This document shows, in pieces, positions 61,416 to 64,000 of a DNA stretch of 64,000 bases. The position numbers and the translations under genes are program-made. Under the pieces are notes generated by a model. The model ran no database searches. It saw only the letters and a program-made list of their open reading frames with translations, and was not told where the DNA came from. Source of the stretch: Entomortierella parvispora E1425 (Eukaryota; Fungi; Mortierellomycota); NCBI GenBank assembly GCA_020891255.1, contig BQFW01000015.1, positions 1,116,001 to 1,180,000 on the forward strand. Direction: 5' to 3'. Positions within the stretch are counted from its first letter, which is position 1. The number at the start of each line of letters is the position of its first letter.

Positions 61416-61738
61416 AAAGAAGGTGGATGGAGAGAGTTGAGATGGGATAAAGAAGAGGGTTGAAGAAAGAAAAAGAAGAAGAAAGGACAATGAAGGACGA
61501 GGAGTTCAGAGGGAATGGAAGGCAGATGGACTTTCTTTTTTTGACAGGACCAGGAAGGGGGCGCACACACACAGCCTGCTGAAGGGGGAAGGGCAACAAA
61601 CAGCTGGTGGCTTGGATCCCTTCCTGACTGGTTTCTTCGACTGGTGCTTTTGTCTGTGATGCCTCCTGCCCCTCAGTTGCTTCGCCTGCAGTGCCTATTC
61701 TATTTTCACTCCTCACTCCCACTCTACTCATTCGTGCC

Positions 61739-62734
61739 ATGGAAAAGTCATTCACCCTTGGACAGGTCCTTTCAGCCGGTGCTGTTGGTCTCCTCACCGG
61801 ATTCCTCATCTCCCACACCGCCATCGTAAGCCTTTCCCCTATTCCACCGTTGGTGCCTGATATTATTGTTCGCGTCTCCTTTTTTTCTAACTGTCCTCTA
61901 TGTTTTATGTTTTATGTAATCCTCTAGAAGCAAAAGACTCAAAAGACCAAATCCTCGACAGACTCGCACGAAAAGGATGAAAAGAAGAAAAAGTCTGCCA
62001 AAAAGTCGACCAAGGAGTCTGCAGATCCTACCTCTGACGCCACCAATGCTGCCGCAGCCAAAACCAAAAAGATCGAGGAAGACTCTGAGGAATACACAGA
62101 CGAGGAGGACTTTTCAGATGAGGAAAGCGAGGACGAGGAAAACGAGGAGCTCGCTGATTTTGATGATCTCGGAGAGGAATACAAGATGGTGTTGGTCGTC
62201 CGCTCCGATCTGGGCATGGGCAAGGGAAAAGCCGCCGCTCAGTGCTGCCATGCCACCTTGGCTAACTACAAGGAACTCGCCAAGAAGAGTCCTCAGGTAA
62301 ACTCCCCCTGCTTTCCCTTCTACGGCTACGATCCTTTGGAATAGGAGCCGAAAGAAAAAGAAGTGGATCAATGATGCGAACTGGTGCTGACATCCCCCCC
62401 TCCATCCGTCTCAACTAGACTCTTACGCGCTGGGAATACTGCGGTCAGGCCAAGGTCACATTGAAGGTTGACAACGAGGAAGACATGTAAGAAACTTGGG
62501 TAGATTTCCTTTAAGGAACAAGAAAAGAAGGGAAGAAACGACTTAGTAATCTCCGCGTGAATGATATTTAGGTTGTTGTTGCAAGCTCAAGCTATGAGCA
62601 TCGGACTGGCCGCCCACAGCATCCGTGACGCAGGACGGACACAGATCGCTGCTGGATCACGGACTGTTTTGGCCGTCGGCCCTGGCCCCGTGAGCATAGT
62701 CGACAGTGTCACTGGAAAGCTGAAGTTATACTAA
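61739..62734 (+). CDS. PTH2: Peptidyl-tRNA hydrolase 2 with N-terminal membrane anchor, 4 exons
   Basis: [38 protein letters not shown] and [23 protein letters not shown]. Confidence 0.97.
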
Positions 62735-62811
62735 AGAACAAGCGTCGCAAATATAAAGATCAAAGGTCTATGTTACAATTTTATTTCGAGGGCGTTGGAT
62801 AGTGCATCACT

Positions 62812-64000
62812 TCAAGCGGGCAATTTTCTCGCCATGGGTCTTGGACGAGCCGTCTCAGCGTGCTTGAGGGCTTTATGAATGGCGCCTTGCATTGGCTTCA
62901 ACATCTAGAGAAAAGAAGGAAATTCATCAAAGTTAACGTCCAGGGTGGGAAACTTGTTGCGGACCAAACCCTACAACGTAAAAACACGGCTTGCAGTAGT
63001 TACCATTTTCATAGCGTCATGGCAATTGGCCCCCAAAGAACTGGCCTGGATCATCAGAGACTTGATATTTTCATCGCGGATCTTGTTCAAGGACTCCACC
63101 ATACGGGCATGCTTCGCCTCTTTATCAGCGCCAGTGGATGCCCAGAAGTGACGCAGGATCTCATTACCTGTAGCGTGACAGGAAAGAGCTTCCTGATATA
63201 GCGCCGGAGGCAAGAGCTGGGCTGTGGTATCCAATAGTTTGACAAAAAAAAAAGATCTTTAAATATCAGACATACGCTTCAGATCCGCTCGAAAAATGCG
63301 TCGACTTACATCCGTCTTGAGGGGGCATCATCTTGGCTCGATTAACTTTGACATTCTTCATGAGCGCATCAAATGTGCCTCCAGGAATATGAAATGGCTA
63401 TGATTCGTGAGATGTGTTAGTTTGCTGTGGAAGATTTTATATTTGCACATGTTGCAACATGGGTGTCCATCCATACCTTATCAAGGACAACCTCGTTCGA
63501 GATAAAATCTCTGTAAAAATGTTTCAAGATATCACCAGGATTCTAGAAACAATTCTTCTGGTGAGTTTTTGTTCAGAAAGCCAATCGCTCGTACTGCCAC
63601 ATCGATTGTATTCCTACCTGGCCCTCGGCAATTTTAGAGCTCTTTGTATCGCCTCCTTGACTCTCAAAGTACCGTCTTGTATCTTGAATGTCCAAGACAA
63701 TCTTTGATGCTTCCTTTTGCTCCTGAAGATCCTCCATGACAATAGCCCTTTCAACGCCACTCATCTAATAGTCATACCACAGAAAGACTGTCAGTATATC
63801 CTAATCAAACCAACAACTAGCATCCTCGACTACAACAGACAATAACGCACATTAAAAGGCTCTGGCCCTGCTGATGTCTTCTTAGGGGGACCCACAGTCG
63901 AATCCAAAACGCGTTGGGCGTAGCGATTAAACCGACGAATGAGTGGCATGGCCTCCTTTGATTCCTTTGTCTTTCCGGCAGCCATAGTGCTATCGGGGCT
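62812..64000 (-). CDS. TFB1: TFIIH subunit Tfb1/p62, 3' portion (gene continues beyond the window)
   Basis: MPLIRRFNRYAQRVLD, IVMEDL..VLDIQDTRRYF and NEILRHFWAS are characteristic of the p62 C-terminal region. Confidence 0.85.

Overview
Gene-dense, intron-rich fungal genomic DNA. It is most likely from an early-diverging fungus (Mucoromycota, Mortierellaceae-like); this is inferred from gene content, GT-AG intron style and long low-complexity proteins. About 19 protein-coding loci can be assembled by hand from the ORF fragments plus splice sites. They are an Aim18/Aim46 chalcone-isomerase-fold protein, RPL7, ARF1, a TMEM41/TVP38 VTT protein, an O-fucosyltransferase-family protein, an MFS transporter, a Dsf2/Nif1-like Sel1 protein, a GAF hybrid histidine kinase, an Atg38/NRBF2-like MIT protein, TPT1, PRP18, HOOK, a HotDog thioesterase, an eIF5-mimic (BZW/5MP), PTH2, the 3' part of TFB1, and four proteins of unknown function. 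RPL7 intron 2 carries a clear box C/D snoRNA with a snR39b/SNORD2-type guide. The most notable observations are that snoRNA, the poor-context AUG of the eIF5-mimic (an autoregulation signature), an orphan gene with a possible winged helix, a small codon-biased 96-aa orphan, a probable decayed retrotransposon Gag relic, and a strand-skew switch suggesting an unannotated divergent transcript. I found no tRNA, rRNA, CRISPR array or intact mobile element, and no convincing wholly new multi-gene system. All family calls rest on motif recognition from memory, not database searches.
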